A DNA stretch of 64,000 nt from an uncultured Verrucomicrobiota bacterium. GTDB taxonomy: Bacteria > Verrucomicrobiota > Verrucomicrobiia > Verrucomicrobiales > Verrucomicrobiaceae. The stretch lies in contig CAJCCF010000198.1 in assembly GCA_903960845.1 (NCBI GenBank), positions 4,338-68,337 on the forward strand, written 5' to 3'. Each line of letters starts with the position of its first letter. Position 1 is the stretch's first letter. This document shows positions 50,325-60,524 of the stretch, piece by piece. The position numbers and the translations under genes were made by a program. Under the pieces are notes generated by a model. It was not told the origin of the DNA and ran no database searches. It worked only from the letters and a program-made list of their open reading frames with translations.

Positions 50325-51560
50325 ATGCCACGTCCGCCTCTCAATCGCCGCCCCACTTCAGCACCGAAACCACCGCCTCCCGGCAGTGAGGATTGGGCAC
50401 GCCCCTGGGCGCAAATGAAGTATTTCTCCTTCCACCCGGCCATCTTTCCAAACATGGTTGGCCCTGTCTCCAGCGATGCCGGTCCTGGCGATCTGGTTAA
50501 CATCTATGACAAGGACGGTTTCCCTTTTGGGGCAGGCTTCCTCAATCCCAAGGCCCGTGTGCCTCTCCGCGTGCTGCATCACGGCAAAACCGCGTTTGGC
50601 GAGGCTGATCTCGATGCACTGCTCATGCGCGCAATCCGGTTGCGGAAAGACACGCTGAAGCTCGATGCCGAAACGGAAGCCTACCGCGTCGTGCACTCGG
50701 ACGCGGACGGCTTGAGCGGCCTCATCGTTGATCGTTACGCAGACACGCTTTCCATTGATGTCACGACGCTCGGCGCATGGCGCCGCATCCGGCGCTGGCT
50801 GCCCATGCTACACGCTGAACTCGGCACCGGGTTTCAGGTGATCCGTGTCGACCCGGACATCGGGCTCATGGAGGGCATGAGAATCAGTGATGTGCCGGAG
50901 GCTGGCGAGCCCGGACCAAAAAGCGTGCGGGTTCGTGAAAACGGCCTGCGCTACCTCGTGAACTTTGAAGATGGGCACAAAACCGGCTTCTTCTGTGATC
51001 AGCGGGAAAACCGTCTCAAGCTCGGCAAACTGGCGCATGGCCGCGTGCTGGATCTCTGCACCTACACCGGCGGGTTTGCACTTGCAGCCAAAGTGCTGGC
51101 AAAGTGCGAAGATGTCACCGGCGTGGATCTCGATGAAAAGGCGATCGCCCAAGCCAAACAGAATGCAAATCTCAACCAGACACGCATCAACTGGACGCAT
51201 GGCGACGCTTTCACCTGGTCACGCCAGATGATCAAGAATGGCGAATTGTGGGACACCGTCGTGCTTGATCCGCCGAAGTTTGTTCATCATCGCGACAACA
51301 TGGATGAGGGCGTCTTCAAGTACCGCGATCTTAATGCCCTTGCCCTGCAGATGGTTAGGCGCGGCGGGCTGTTTGTCACCTGTTCATGCTCCGGCCTGCT
51401 CAGCACCGACGACTTCGAAGATCTGGTCATCGGCACCGCGCACCGGCATGGCCGCAAGCTGCAAATCCTGGACCGCACCGGCCCCGGCATGGATCACCCG
51501 GTGATGTCAAACTGCCCCGAGAGCCGTTACCTCAAAGTCATCTGGGCTGTGGTGGTTTGA
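50325..51560 (+). CDS. RlmI-like class I SAM-dependent rRNA methyltransferase
   Basis: PUA-like N-terminus, DGLSGLIVDRY, GHKTGFFCDQRENR, LDPPKF, TCSCS. Confidence 0.9.
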   Translation: MPRPPLNRRPTSAPKPPPPGSEDWARPWAQMKYFSFHPAIFPNMVGPVSSDAGPGDLVNIYDKDGFPFGAGFLNPKARVPLRVLHHGKTAFGEADLDALLMRAIRLRKDTLKLDAETEAYRVVHSDADGLSGLIVDRYADTLSIDVTTLGAWRRIRRWLPMLHAELGTGFQVIRVDPDIGLMEGMRISDVPEAGEPGPKSVRVRENGLRYLVNFEDGHKTGFFCDQRENRLKLGKLAHGRVLDLCTYTGGFALAAKVLAKCEDVTGVDLDEKAIAQAKQNANLNQTRINWTHGDAFTWSRQMIKNGELWDTVVLDPPKFVHHRDNMDEGVFKYRDLNALALQMVRRGGLFVTCSCSGLLSTDDFEDLVIGTAHRHGRKLQILDRTGPGMDHPVMSNCPESRYLKVIWAVVV

Positions 51561-53300
51561 TCATCGCTTCGCTTTGGCGCGCAGTGCCTCTTCCACCTCG
51601 CCGAGAGGCAGGCAGTTGATCACGTCACTGCGCGTCAACCAGCCTTTGCGGGCGGCGCGCACGCCGAAAAGAACGTCCTGCAGGCCGTGCGTGCTGTGGG
51701 CATCAGGATTGATGCTGCATTTCACGCCTTTTTCTTTGGCCAGCCGCCACCAGCGCCAGTCCATGTCCAGCCGCCATGCGCTGGCATTGAGTTCAATGAT
51801 CGTCCCATTCGCCGCTGCGGCATCGATGATCTTCGGGATGTTCACCGCATATGCCGGGCGCTGTGCGAGCAGCCGCCCCGTGACATGACCGAGCATGGTG
51901 ACATGCGGATTTTCGATGGCGCGGATGATGCGGGCCGTCATTTCCGCTTCGGGCAGATTGAAGACGCTGTGAACGCTGGCCACGACGTAATCCAGCTCCG
52001 CCAGCAGTCCGTCATCAAAGTCGAGCGTGCCATCCTTGTGAATGTCCACCTCACTGCCTGCGAAGATATGAAAATGTCCGTCAAACTCAGCGTTCAGCGC
52101 ACGGATTTCCGCGATTTGCGCGCGCAACCGGTCCTCATGGAGCCCGTTTGCCTGGAAGCTGCTTTTGCTGTGATCGGCAATGCCCAGGTATTGCATGCCC
52201 AGCTCTCGGGCAGCCTCGGCCATCTCCCGCAGCGTCGCCTTGCCGTCGCTTGCGGTGGTGTGGTTGTGAAAGACACCGCGCAGATTTTCCAGCTCAATCA
52301 GACGCGGCAGTTTGCCACGCTCGGCTGCCTCAATTTCGCCTGTATTCTCTCGCAGCTCCGGCTCGATGTAGTCGAGCCCTAGAGTGCGGTAGATGTCACG
52401 CTCCTCATGCACCGTTGCCATGTCTGTTGAGGCGTGGTCTCCGACGACGGTAAAACCATATTCATTGAGCGACAGGCCCTGATCCAACGCCCGTTGACGA
52501 ACCATCACGTTGTGCTCCTTGCTGCCGGTAAAATAGTTCAGCGCAAACGGGAACTCTGCACTGCTCACCGCACGCAAATCACACTGCACACCATTGCTGG
52601 CATACACGCTCGCCTTGGTGCCGCCTTGAGCGATGATCTTCTCCACTTCCGGCAGCTTCACAAAGTCACCAATGACGCGCTCGGGATGCTTGGTCGAAAC
52701 CAGGAAGTCCAGATCATGCACCACTTCCTTGCCGCGCCGGAAACTGCCGCACACCTCAGCGCGCGAGACATCCGGGTGTCCGCGCAGCGCTTCGAGAATG
52801 TTCTGCGCCAGCGCGTACACTTGATCCAGGCGAAACTCCGAAGCGTGCTCTTCACGGAAGGCGATGCCCTCCAAAATCTTGGCCACCGTCTTGTCGCCAA
52901 AACCACTGATCTTCGCGGCCTCACCGCTTTCACAGACCCGTTTCAAGTCAGCGATGGAGCCCACCTTCAGTGTCGTGTACAGCGCCGCGATCTTCTTCGG
53001 CCCCAGGCCGGAAATCTCGAACAGCTCAAAGAGTGTCTCAGGGAACTCCGCCTTCAGCTTCTCATAAAACTCCAGCTTCCCGGTCGTCGCCATTTCATGC
53101 AGCTTGTCACGCAGCGCGTCGCCGATGCCCTTGATCCCCGCCAGTTTCTCCTCCGCCGCGAGTTGCATGATGTCCCCCGCGTAGCTTTCCACGATCTCCG
53201 CTCCCATCTTGTAAGCACGGGTTTTGAAAGGGTTCTCCCCCTTCAGTTCCAGCAGGAGGGCGATTCGGTTCAAGATCTCGGCAGCAGCTTCACGGGTCAT
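51561..53300 (-). CDS. polX: DNA polymerase X with PHP 3'-5' exonuclease domain
   Basis: ENPFKTRAY, GSFRRGKE..HDLD, CDLR, FTGSKEHN, HNHTTASDG, ADHS, INPDAH. Confidence 0.95.
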   Translation of the reverse strand: MTREAAAEILNRIALLLELKGENPFKTRAYKMGAEIVESYAGDIMQLAAEEKLAGIKGIGDALRDKLHEMATTGKLEFYEKLKAEFPETLFELFEISGLGPKKIAALYTTLKVGSIADLKRVCESGEAAKISGFGDKTVAKILEGIAFREEHASEFRLDQVYALAQNILEALRGHPDVSRAEVCGSFRRGKEVVHDLDFLVSTKHPERVIGDFVKLPEVEKIIAQGGTKASVYASNGVQCDLRAVSSAEFPFALNYFTGSKEHNVMVRQRALDQGLSLNEYGFTVVGDHASTDMATVHEERDIYRTLGLDYIEPELRENTGEIEAAERGKLPRLIELENLRGVFHNHTTASDGKATLREMAEAARELGMQYLGIADHSKSSFQANGLHEDRLRAQIAEIRALNAEFDGHFHIFAGSEVDIHKDGTLDFDDGLLAELDYVVASVHSVFNLPEAEMTARIIRAIENPHVTMLGHVTGRLLAQRPAYAVNIPKIIDAAAANGTIIELNASAWRLDMDWRWWRLAKEKGVKCSINPDAHSTHGLQDVLFGVRAARKGWLTRSDVINCLPLGEVEEALRAKAKR

Positions 53301-53338
53301 TCTCAGACCATGGGCAGACGCACCGAGTTTGCCACCGC

Positions 53339-53569
53339 TCAGTCGAAAAAGCTCAGACCTGCCCAAACGATGCCCAGCAGCATCAACAGTCCCACTGCGG
53401 CTGGCAGCCAGCCTTCTTCATCAGGCTCATAGTGGCCGAAACTGAGCAAACGCAGTGTCCAGTAGCCGAGCGTCCGGCAGAGCACTTCCCAGAACAGTTC
53501 GATCATGACCCGCACCACGCCACCAAGGAAATGCTTGAGTCCCTCCGCGATGAGATCGTCTAGCGGCAT
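53339..53569 (-). CDS. Small hypothetical membrane protein
   Basis: 76 aa with hydrophobic segments; fills the gap between co-oriented genes. Confidence 0.55.
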   Translation of the reverse strand: MPLDDLIAEGLKHFLGGVVRVMIELFWEVLCRTLGYWTLRLLSFGHYEPDEEGWLPAAVGLLMLLGIVWAGLSFFD

Positions 53570-53575
53570 GTGATC

Positions 53576-53920
53576 TTACTTTCTGAAGATGAAATAAACG
53601 GCACCGCACATGCACATGGCGGCCCAGAGGTAGTCCCATTTCAGGGGTTGTTTCATGTAAAGTAACACGAACGGCACAAACACGGTCAGCGTCACGACTT
53701 CCTGGACAATCTTGAGTTGCGGCAGGCTCAGGGTCTCGCTGCCGATCCGGTTGGCGGGCACTTGCAGCATGTATTCGAAGAAGGCGATTCCCCAGCTCAG
53801 CAGCGCGGCGATGAACCACGGTTTGGCCTTCATCTCTTTCAGGTGCGCATACCACGCGAAGGTCATGAAAGCGTTCGAAGCGGTGAGCAGGATGACGGCT
53901 TTGATCAGGGGCCAGTTCAT
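53576..53920 (-). CDS. DMT superfamily small membrane protein (DUF486-like)
   Basis: SNAFMTFAWYAHLK, SWGIAFFEY.LQVPANRIG, QLKIVQEV. Confidence 0.9.
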   Translation of the reverse strand: MNWPLIKAVILLTASNAFMTFAWYAHLKEMKAKPWFIAALLSWGIAFFEYMLQVPANRIGSETLSLPQLKIVQEVVTLTVFVPFVLLYMKQPLKWDYLWAAMCMCGAVYFIFRK

Positions 53921-53927
53921 GGAAACC

Positions 53928-54890
53928 TCACTTCAGTGTGGCGTCACTTTTCCCGTCGGCCTGACGATAAAGCTGGGTGGGTATGAGCATCTGCGGAGGC
54001 ACGTCTTCGCCCTTCGAATGCTTTAAAAAGGCACGCACCACCTCGATGCCCATCTTGTCGGGAAATTGAATTGGATCGGCGTAGATCTTGCCGTCGCGGA
54101 TCGCCTGCTTGCCTTCCGGTTGGCCGTCGAAGCCAATGATCACGACCTTGTCAGCCCGGCCCGCTTTTTCCAAGGCGCCGCGCGCGCCGAGTGCGGAGGG
54201 ATCATTGATGGCAAAAATCCCGACCATGTCCGGGTGTGCCTGCAGCATGTCTTCGGCGGCCTTGTAGCCCTTGTCCTTGGCGCCGCCGCCATCGAGTTCG
54301 CTGACGACCTCGATCTTCGCCGGTGCCGTGGCGTTATGTGCGGCAAGCACCTCTTTAAAGCCCTTCACTCGCAGGATGCAGGACTCGACTTGTTTCAGAT
54401 CAAGTACGCCGATTTTTCCGCCCTGGCCTTTCAGCGCCTCAATCAGCGCCTTCGCCGCTTCGCGACCACCGCCGAGATTGTCCGTGGCCACCTGTGTCAC
54501 GATCTTCACGCCTGGTTCCTGGCAGGGGACATCGACGGTGAAAACGGGGATGCCTGCCGCATTGGCTTCCTGAATCACGGGCACGATGGCCTTTGAATCC
54601 GCCGGACTGAGGATGATGGCGGAGACTTTCTTCACGATGAAGTCCTTCACCTGATTGCTCTGCCGGGCCACATCATTGTCGGCGCTGACGATCAGCGTGT
54701 CGTAGCCTTGCTTCGCCGCCTCCGCAGTGATGTTGTCGCCGATCACTTTGAAAAAAGGATTTTGCAGAGTCAGCAGCGAGGCCGCGATGGTGCCGCGCGA
54801 TGTCTTGGCTTCAGGCTTGGACTTGCCGCATCCGCTGAGCGCAACGGCTGCGAGACTGAGCAGGGTGAAATGTCGGGTGGTCATGGTCAT
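53928..54890 (-). CDS. RbsB-like sugar-binding lipoprotein
   Basis: Lipobox LSGC; NPFF, AGIPVFTVD, TDNLGGG, FAIND, IGFDG, QFP. No permease nearby. Confidence 0.88.
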   Translation of the reverse strand: MTMTTRHFTLLSLAAVALSGCGKSKPEAKTSRGTIAASLLTLQNPFFKVIGDNITAEAAKQGYDTLIVSADNDVARQSNQVKDFIVKKVSAIILSPADSKAIVPVIQEANAAGIPVFTVDVPCQEPGVKIVTQVATDNLGGGREAAKALIEALKGQGGKIGVLDLKQVESCILRVKGFKEVLAAHNATAPAKIEVVSELDGGGAKDKGYKAAEDMLQAHPDMVGIFAINDPSALGARGALEKAGRADKVVIIGFDGQPEGKQAIRDGKIYADPIQFPDKMGIEVVRAFLKHSKGEDVPPQMLIPTQLYRQADGKSDATLK

Positions 54891-55052
54891 CCCGATGTAC
54901 AGCGCAATGCCGTGAGCCTGACAAGCCCTGCTTGAAGGCCATTCAGCCCCGGGATCTCTGCGAAACACCATGGAAAGCCTCAGCTTTGATTGGCATTCGA
55001 ATCGACTTCCGCTTGCATCCGCGCCCGGCTCATCCAAACGGGAGCACGCACC

Positions 55053-57059
55053 ATGAGCGGATTCACCGGAACCCTAAACCCCCAGCAGAGGGAAGCAGCC
55101 ACGCACATCCACGGGCCGCTTCTGATCCTGGCTGGCGCAGGCACGGGCAAGACACGCGTGGTCACGGCGCGCATCGCTTTCATGATCAATGAAGGCATCA
55201 AGCCCGAGCATATCCTGGCCGTCACCTTCACCAACAAGGCCGCCGCTGAAATGCGCGAACGCGTGAAGGACATGTGCCGCGATGGCATGGGTAAAAAAGT
55301 CGTGCTCGGCACCTTCCACGCCTTTTGCGCCCGGCTGCTGCGCGAGTTCGCCGAGCACGTGGGCTACAAGAAGAATTTCGTCATCTATTCCCAGAGCGAG
55401 CAGATCAGCCTCATGAAGCGCGTGCTCAAGAGTCTGCTGGTAAAGGAGGAAACGCTCGATCCGCAGAAGGCTCTGGCGCGCATCAGCAAGGCCAAGAACA
55501 ACGGGGAGGAGATTGGCGATCCGGCAATGGATCTGCACGCGGCAGTGGCTGAAAAATATGCCGACGAGATGCGCGCGCTGAACGTCATGGATTTCGACGA
55601 CCTGCTCTGCCTGGGGGTCAAGTTGCTGGAGGAAAATGCGGTCGTGCGTGAAACTCTTCATCAGCGCCACCGCTACGTGACGGTGGATGAGTTCCAGGAC
55701 ACCAACTCCCTCCAGATGCGCCTGCTGCGCGCCCTGGTGCCAGCCCCCTACAATGTCTGTGTCGTGGGCGATGATGACCAGTCCATCTACGGCTGGCGCG
55801 GCGCGGAGATCACAAACATCACGGAGTTCGAAAACTTCTTCCCCGATCCCACGGTCGTGAAACTGGAGGAGAATTACCGTTCCACCACCGCCATCCTGCA
55901 CACCGCCAACAGCCTGATCAAAAACAACGCGGGCCGCCGTCCCAAATCACTCTGGAGCCGAAACAGCGGCAAGGAGCCGGTGCGCCTCGTTGCCGCGCAG
56001 GATGATCTGGAAGAGGCGGAGATGATCGCCAAAGAGATCGAGGCGGGTTACTTCAACAACAAGGAACCCTACGAGTCCTTTGCCGTGCTCTTCCGCACCA
56101 ATGATCAAAGCCGCATTTTGGAGCAGGCTTTCCGGCAGCGAAAAATCACCTACCGTGTCGTCGGCGCACGCAGCTTCTTTGACCGGCGAGAGGTCAAGGA
56201 CGTGCTCAGCTACCTGACCGTCCTGCACAATCCGCATGATGACATCTCCCTGCTGCGGATTTTAAACACACCGACGCGCGGCATCGGTGGCACCACTGCA
56301 GAGCTGGCTCTGGAGCACAGCATGCACAAGCAATTCAGCGTTTGGGTGGCGCTCTGTGATGAATCCTTCCTGCGCCAGATCCCCGAAAAATCGCGCAACG
56401 CCGTGCGTGCCTTCACGGAGGTCATCTGCAAATACGCCTCCGCGGCATCGACTCATGGCACCGACCTCGTCACCATGACTGAGGCATTGATCGGGGAGGT
56501 CGAGTACATGAAGTACCTGCAAAAGCTCGCCAAAAAGCCGGAGGAGTTTCACGGCTGGGAAAACGGACTCGCCGAGTTTCTCAACCAGCTTGGCAACTAT
56601 CAGGAGCGTAACAAAAAGGATGGCCTGTCCGGTTTCCTTGATGAGGTCACGCTCAATGACGAGCGCGAAGACAAGGACGACATCGAAAAGAAAAAAGGCG
56701 TCTGCCTGATCACCCTGCACGCCAGCAAGGGGCTTGAGTTCCCCATCGTCTACCTGCCCGGTCTGGAGCAGGGCATCCTGCCGCACAAGCGCAGTTACGA
56801 GGAAGGCCGCGTTGATGAAGAGAGGCGCCTGTTTTATGTCGGCATCACCCGCGCCCGGCAGAAGCTCACGCTCAGCTTCGTGCGCTATCGCACCAAGTGG
56901 GGCCAGAAGCAGACCGAACTGCCAAGTCCCTTCCTTGGCGAGCTGGACCGCACCTATGTGGATGAGATGGACTACACCATGCACATGAAGGAAACGCCCA
57001 GTCAGGAGGAGAACACCAATTTCTTTGCCGGGCTCAAAGCCATGCTGGCGCAGGAGTGA
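55053..57059 (+). CDS. UvrD/Rep/PcrA superfamily 1 DNA helicase
   Basis: LAGAGTGKT, TFTNKAA, VDEFQDTN, VGDDDQSIYGWRGA, LEENYRS, TLHASKGLEF, EERRLFYVGITRA. Confidence 0.96.
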   Translation: MSGFTGTLNPQQREAATHIHGPLLILAGAGTGKTRVVTARIAFMINEGIKPEHILAVTFTNKAAAEMRERVKDMCRDGMGKKVVLGTFHAFCARLLREFAEHVGYKKNFVIYSQSEQISLMKRVLKSLLVKEETLDPQKALARISKAKNNGEEIGDPAMDLHAAVAEKYADEMRALNVMDFDDLLCLGVKLLEENAVVRETLHQRHRYVTVDEFQDTNSLQMRLLRALVPAPYNVCVVGDDDQSIYGWRGAEITNITEFENFFPDPTVVKLEENYRSTTAILHTANSLIKNNAGRRPKSLWSRNSGKEPVRLVAAQDDLEEAEMIAKEIEAGYFNNKEPYESFAVLFRTNDQSRILEQAFRQRKITYRVVGARSFFDRREVKDVLSYLTVLHNPHDDISLLRILNTPTRGIGGTTAELALEHSMHKQFSVWVALCDESFLRQIPEKSRNAVRAFTEVICKYASAASTHGTDLVTMTEALIGEVEYMKYLQKLAKKPEEFHGWENGLAEFLNQLGNYQERNKKDGLSGFLDEVTLNDEREDKDDIEKKKGVCLITLHASKGLEFPIVYLPGLEQGILPHKRSYEEGRVDEERRLFYVGITRARQKLTLSFVRYRTKWGQKQTELPSPFLGELDRTYVDEMDYTMHMKETPSQEENTNFFAGLKAMLAQE

Positions 57060-57107
57060 GTCTTCTCACGCACCTAAATCGCGTGATCGGTGTTGGATCG
57101 GCTCGCC

Positions 57108-58334
57108 ATGAAAACCACACTTCTCCTCGCCTTTGTCGCCCTCTTTGCAGGAGCTTCAAACCTGTGCAGCCAGCCGGCTGATGCGCCCGTTGATTTCGAC
57201 AAGGCCCGTCAACTGTTCGAAAAGCGAAAAGGCGGCGCGATTTTGACGCCGGAAGAGACTGCCTACATGGAGAAGGCAAAGGCGGTGCACGAAGCGCAGA
57301 TGCATAAGGAGGGCGGCAGGCCGGGAGCTGACGGTATCGACTGGCAGAAGGCTCAGGATTTGTACCAACGCGAAAAAGGCGGCGAAAAACTCAGCGAGGC
57401 TGACCAGAAATATCTGGACCATGCCAAGGAGGTTCGGCAACGCGGAGGTCATCGCAGTGGCGGCGGCGCTCCCGCGAATCAGCGCAGGGCTCCTGAATCT
57501 CTCAAGCCGCTCAGCGACATGACGGCTGAAGATCAATATGAAGGCGAAGACGGCGGGCTTTACGGCAAAGGCAGCAACGAGCCGCCAGAGGCGCTCAAAA
57601 AGTCCGCTGAAGCTGCGCTCGCGCAGATCAAGCCGCTGGATGCCGGGGGCAATCCTGCCGACGGCGGCAAGATCGTGTTTGTTTCCATCAGCATGTCGAA
57701 TGCGACGATGGAGTTCTCGACATTCAAACGCATTGCCGATGCGGACGCGCGCAAATCCGGCAAGCTCACCATTGTCGATTGCGCACAGGGCGGGCAGGCG
57801 ATGGCGCAGTGGGTGCCTGAAGACGGCCGCCCTTGGCAGGAGGCGATGAAGCGGATTGGGCAGGCGGGCGTCACACCGCAGCAGGTGCAGGTGGCCTGGG
57901 TGAAGCTGGCCAACATGGGGCCTTCAGGCTCGATGAGCGATCATCTCACCAAACTCGAAGCGGACACGGCTGCGGTGCTCAAAAACGCCAGAAATAAATT
58001 CCCCAATCTGCGCATTGCCTACCTCGGCAGCCGCATTTGGGCAGGCAATGCCAGGAGTGGACTGAATCCCGAGCCGTATGCCTATGAGAGCGCCTTTGGC
58101 GTGCGCCATCTTATTCAAAAACAAAGCCTTGATGAAGCTCCGCTCCTGCTCTGGGGCCCCTATCTCTGGGCTGAAGGCGAAAAGGGGCGCAAGCTGGATG
58201 ACCTCAAGTATCTCAAGGACGACTTCAATGACGATGGTGTGCATCCCAGCCGGAGCGGTCAGGAAAAGGTGGCGCGGCAATTGCTCGAATTTTTTGCCAC
58301 GAGTTCATTGGCGAAAAGTTGGTTCGCGAAGTGA
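57108..58334 (+). CDS. Secreted protein with two N-terminal helical repeats and an SGNH-like domain
   Basis: Signal peptide; DFDKARQL...AYMEKAK and DWQKAQDL...KYLDHAK repeats; SISMSN and DGVHP motifs. Confidence 0.65.
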   Translation: MKTTLLLAFVALFAGASNLCSQPADAPVDFDKARQLFEKRKGGAILTPEETAYMEKAKAVHEAQMHKEGGRPGADGIDWQKAQDLYQREKGGEKLSEADQKYLDHAKEVRQRGGHRSGGGAPANQRRAPESLKPLSDMTAEDQYEGEDGGLYGKGSNEPPEALKKSAEAALAQIKPLDAGGNPADGGKIVFVSISMSNATMEFSTFKRIADADARKSGKLTIVDCAQGGQAMAQWVPEDGRPWQEAMKRIGQAGVTPQQVQVAWVKLANMGPSGSMSDHLTKLEADTAAVLKNARNKFPNLRIAYLGSRIWAGNARSGLNPEPYAYESAFGVRHLIQKQSLDEAPLLLWGPYLWAEGEKGRKLDDLKYLKDDFNDDGVHPSRSGQEKVARQLLEFFATSSLAKSWFAK

Positions 58335-58348
58335 TGTTCGCCCTGTCT

Positions 58349-58813
58349 TTACTCGAGACTTGTCAGTGTCGCCTGCTGCCCTGAAGGCAGTGTGACCTTG
58401 TCACCGGTTGCACGGCCCATGAGCCGTGCGCCGAGCGGTGAGGCGGGTGTGATGACCATGAGTTCGGTTCCCTCGATCACGATCTCGAGCCCGCCTTCGG
58501 CAGGACCGATGAAGTAATGATCGGTGCCGCCCGCCATCTTCAGTCCGATGAGTGATCCGACTTGTACAGCGCTGGTGGCGGTGGTGTTTGATAGCGCGCG
58601 AAATCCACGCAGTGCGGCCTGCAATTCCTCCACCCGCTGGGCCTGACCGCGGGCGACGTAGGATGCCTCCAACGTGCGGGTGTCGTACTTGTTTTCGGCT
58701 TTGCTGTCAGGATCTGTGGCAGCGGCAAATGAGGCACGGGCACCGCGCATGAGGGCCTGCAACTCGGTGTCGAGACGGGCGAGGATGGAATCAAGGACGG
58801 CTGATTTTTGCAT
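58349..58813 (-). CDS. GreA/GreB-family-like transcription elongation factor
   Basis: KAENKYDTRTLEASY..GQ coiled coil and VITPASPLG..LMG C-terminal domain. Confidence 0.8.
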   Translation of the reverse strand: MQKSAVLDSILARLDTELQALMRGARASFAAATDPDSKAENKYDTRTLEASYVARGQAQRVEELQAALRGFRALSNTTATSAVQVGSLIGLKMAGGTDHYFIGPAEGGLEIVIEGTELMVITPASPLGARLMGRATGDKVTLPSGQQATLTSLE

Positions 58814-58872
58814 GGTGACGTGGACTGGCTTTCCATTTGCACGGATGGCGCTGCTTTCCACACTTCATCTCC

Positions 58873-59394
58873 ATGCCGCGGTATCTTCTTCACTTCCTCC
58901 TCCTCACGATTTCAGCACTTCTCTGCTCCTGCCAAACCGGTGGCATGGGAGGCGGTGATCCGGTGCAGCTTGAATACCGGCGGCTGTCCATCGCATCCGA
59001 GGCGCCGGGCGACTACTATGTGGGCCGCCGCTTTCACATCAACTGCACACACTTCTGGGGTTACGTGCGCCGGCCTGGCGAGAGTTGGGACAAGTCGCGT
59101 CTGGTGGTGATGAATGAGAAGTTCATGAAGCAGCCTGACCGCTATCCGGAAATCCCCGCAGGCGATGGACCCGCCTACGGAGATGATCATAACACCGAGT
59201 ATCGACTCTGGGGTGAGTTCTCCGGTCGCAAAGTTTATGATCCGAACAGCAATCTCCAGTTGCCCGAATTTGTGCTCAGACGCTATGAGGTGAAGGATCA
59301 ATCTCCAGGCTGGCTTTTCCGCCCCAATGAAAAATTCAATGGCCAGCAACTGCTTCGCGGTGAACTTGGAGCAACACCCGGTAAAAAGTACTGA
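58873..59394 (+). CDS. Hypothetical lipoprotein
   Basis: MPRYLLHFLLLTISALLCSC lipobox-like signal. Confidence 0.7.
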   Translation: MPRYLLHFLLLTISALLCSCQTGGMGGGDPVQLEYRRLSIASEAPGDYYVGRRFHINCTHFWGYVRRPGESWDKSRLVVMNEKFMKQPDRYPEIPAGDGPAYGDDHNTEYRLWGEFSGRKVYDPNSNLQLPEFVLRRYEVKDQSPGWLFRPNEKFNGQQLLRGELGATPGKKY

Positions 59395-59411
59395 GGGACA
59401 CACCGCATCCT

Positions 59412-60482
59412 ATGAAACGCTGGCGCATTGCAGGGATCAATTTCGATCATTTTCACATGGGGGACTTGCTGCGGCAGACCTTCGATCATCCATCGGCGGA
59501 TATTGTTGGCATCAGCGATGAGCAGCCCGGGCGCATGCTGGGTGCGGTCAGGAATTTCGGCCTCACTGACGCGCAGGTTTTCACGGATTACCGGGCCTGC
59601 CTGGAGCAGACCAGGCCGGACATTGTGATCCTTTGTCCCGCTGCTTCAAAGCATGGAGAATGGGTTTCCAAGGTGGCCCCTTATGGCGTGCACATCCTGA
59701 TGGAGAAACCTTTCGCCGGCTCAGTCGCCGAAGCCGATTCCATGGTTGCGGCGATGCAGCCAACAGGCAAAACTTTGGCCGTAAACTGGCCGTTGGTGTG
59801 GGATGACGGACAGCAGACCGCGCACCGTTTGATTCAGGAAGGGTTGATCGGCGAGGCGCTGGAGTTTCAGCACTGTGGCGGCAACCGCGGCCCGCTTTAT
59901 CATGGTGCGGACAAGATCGACAATGAACCCACGGCTGAGGAGAAGGCGGCGAGCTGGTTCTACAGCAAGGCTCAGGGCGGCGGTGCATTGCTTGATTACA
60001 TGGGCTACGGCACCACGCTGGGCACCTGGCATCTCGGCGGGCAGATCCCATTGGAAGTGACCTGCACTTCCTTTGGCACGCCAGGGTTGGAGGTGGATGA
60101 GCACAGCATCGCCGTGATCCGCTACGCGCATGGTTTGAGTCGCAGCGAAACCCGCTGGGGCACGTTCACCGATCCATGGACGCTGCAACCGCAGCCGAAG
60201 TGCGGCTTTGTCATCCGTGGCTCGGACGGTACGATTTCCTGCTACGACTATGAGAAGACGGTCCGCGTGCAGACCCGCGCGCGGCCTGAAGGCTTCGATG
60301 TGCCGGTGGATGTCATCACGTCGCCCAACCGCAATCCGATCGAGCACCTGATTCATCACCTGGAAACCGGCGCGCCGCTGATCGGTCCGCTCACGCTCAA
60401 AATCAGCCGCATCGGCCAGCAAATCGTGGACACCGCGTTTCTCAGTGCGCAGGCCGGGAAGGCGCTGCCTCTTGTGGCCTGA
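59412..60482 (+). CDS. Gfo/Idh/MocA family oxidoreductase
   Basis: HILMEKPFA, GGGALLDY motifs. Confidence 0.9.
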   Translation: MKRWRIAGINFDHFHMGDLLRQTFDHPSADIVGISDEQPGRMLGAVRNFGLTDAQVFTDYRACLEQTRPDIVILCPAASKHGEWVSKVAPYGVHILMEKPFAGSVAEADSMVAAMQPTGKTLAVNWPLVWDDGQQTAHRLIQEGLIGEALEFQHCGGNRGPLYHGADKIDNEPTAEEKAASWFYSKAQGGGALLDYMGYGTTLGTWHLGGQIPLEVTCTSFGTPGLEVDEHSIAVIRYAHGLSRSETRWGTFTDPWTLQPQPKCGFVIRGSDGTISCYDYEKTVRVQTRARPEGFDVPVDVITSPNRNPIEHLIHHLETGAPLIGPLTLKISRIGQQIVDTAFLSAQAGKALPLVA

Positions 60483-60524
60483 GATGCTCATTGCAAAGCG
60501 GGGGAGCCCTGTGCATGTCAGGGC

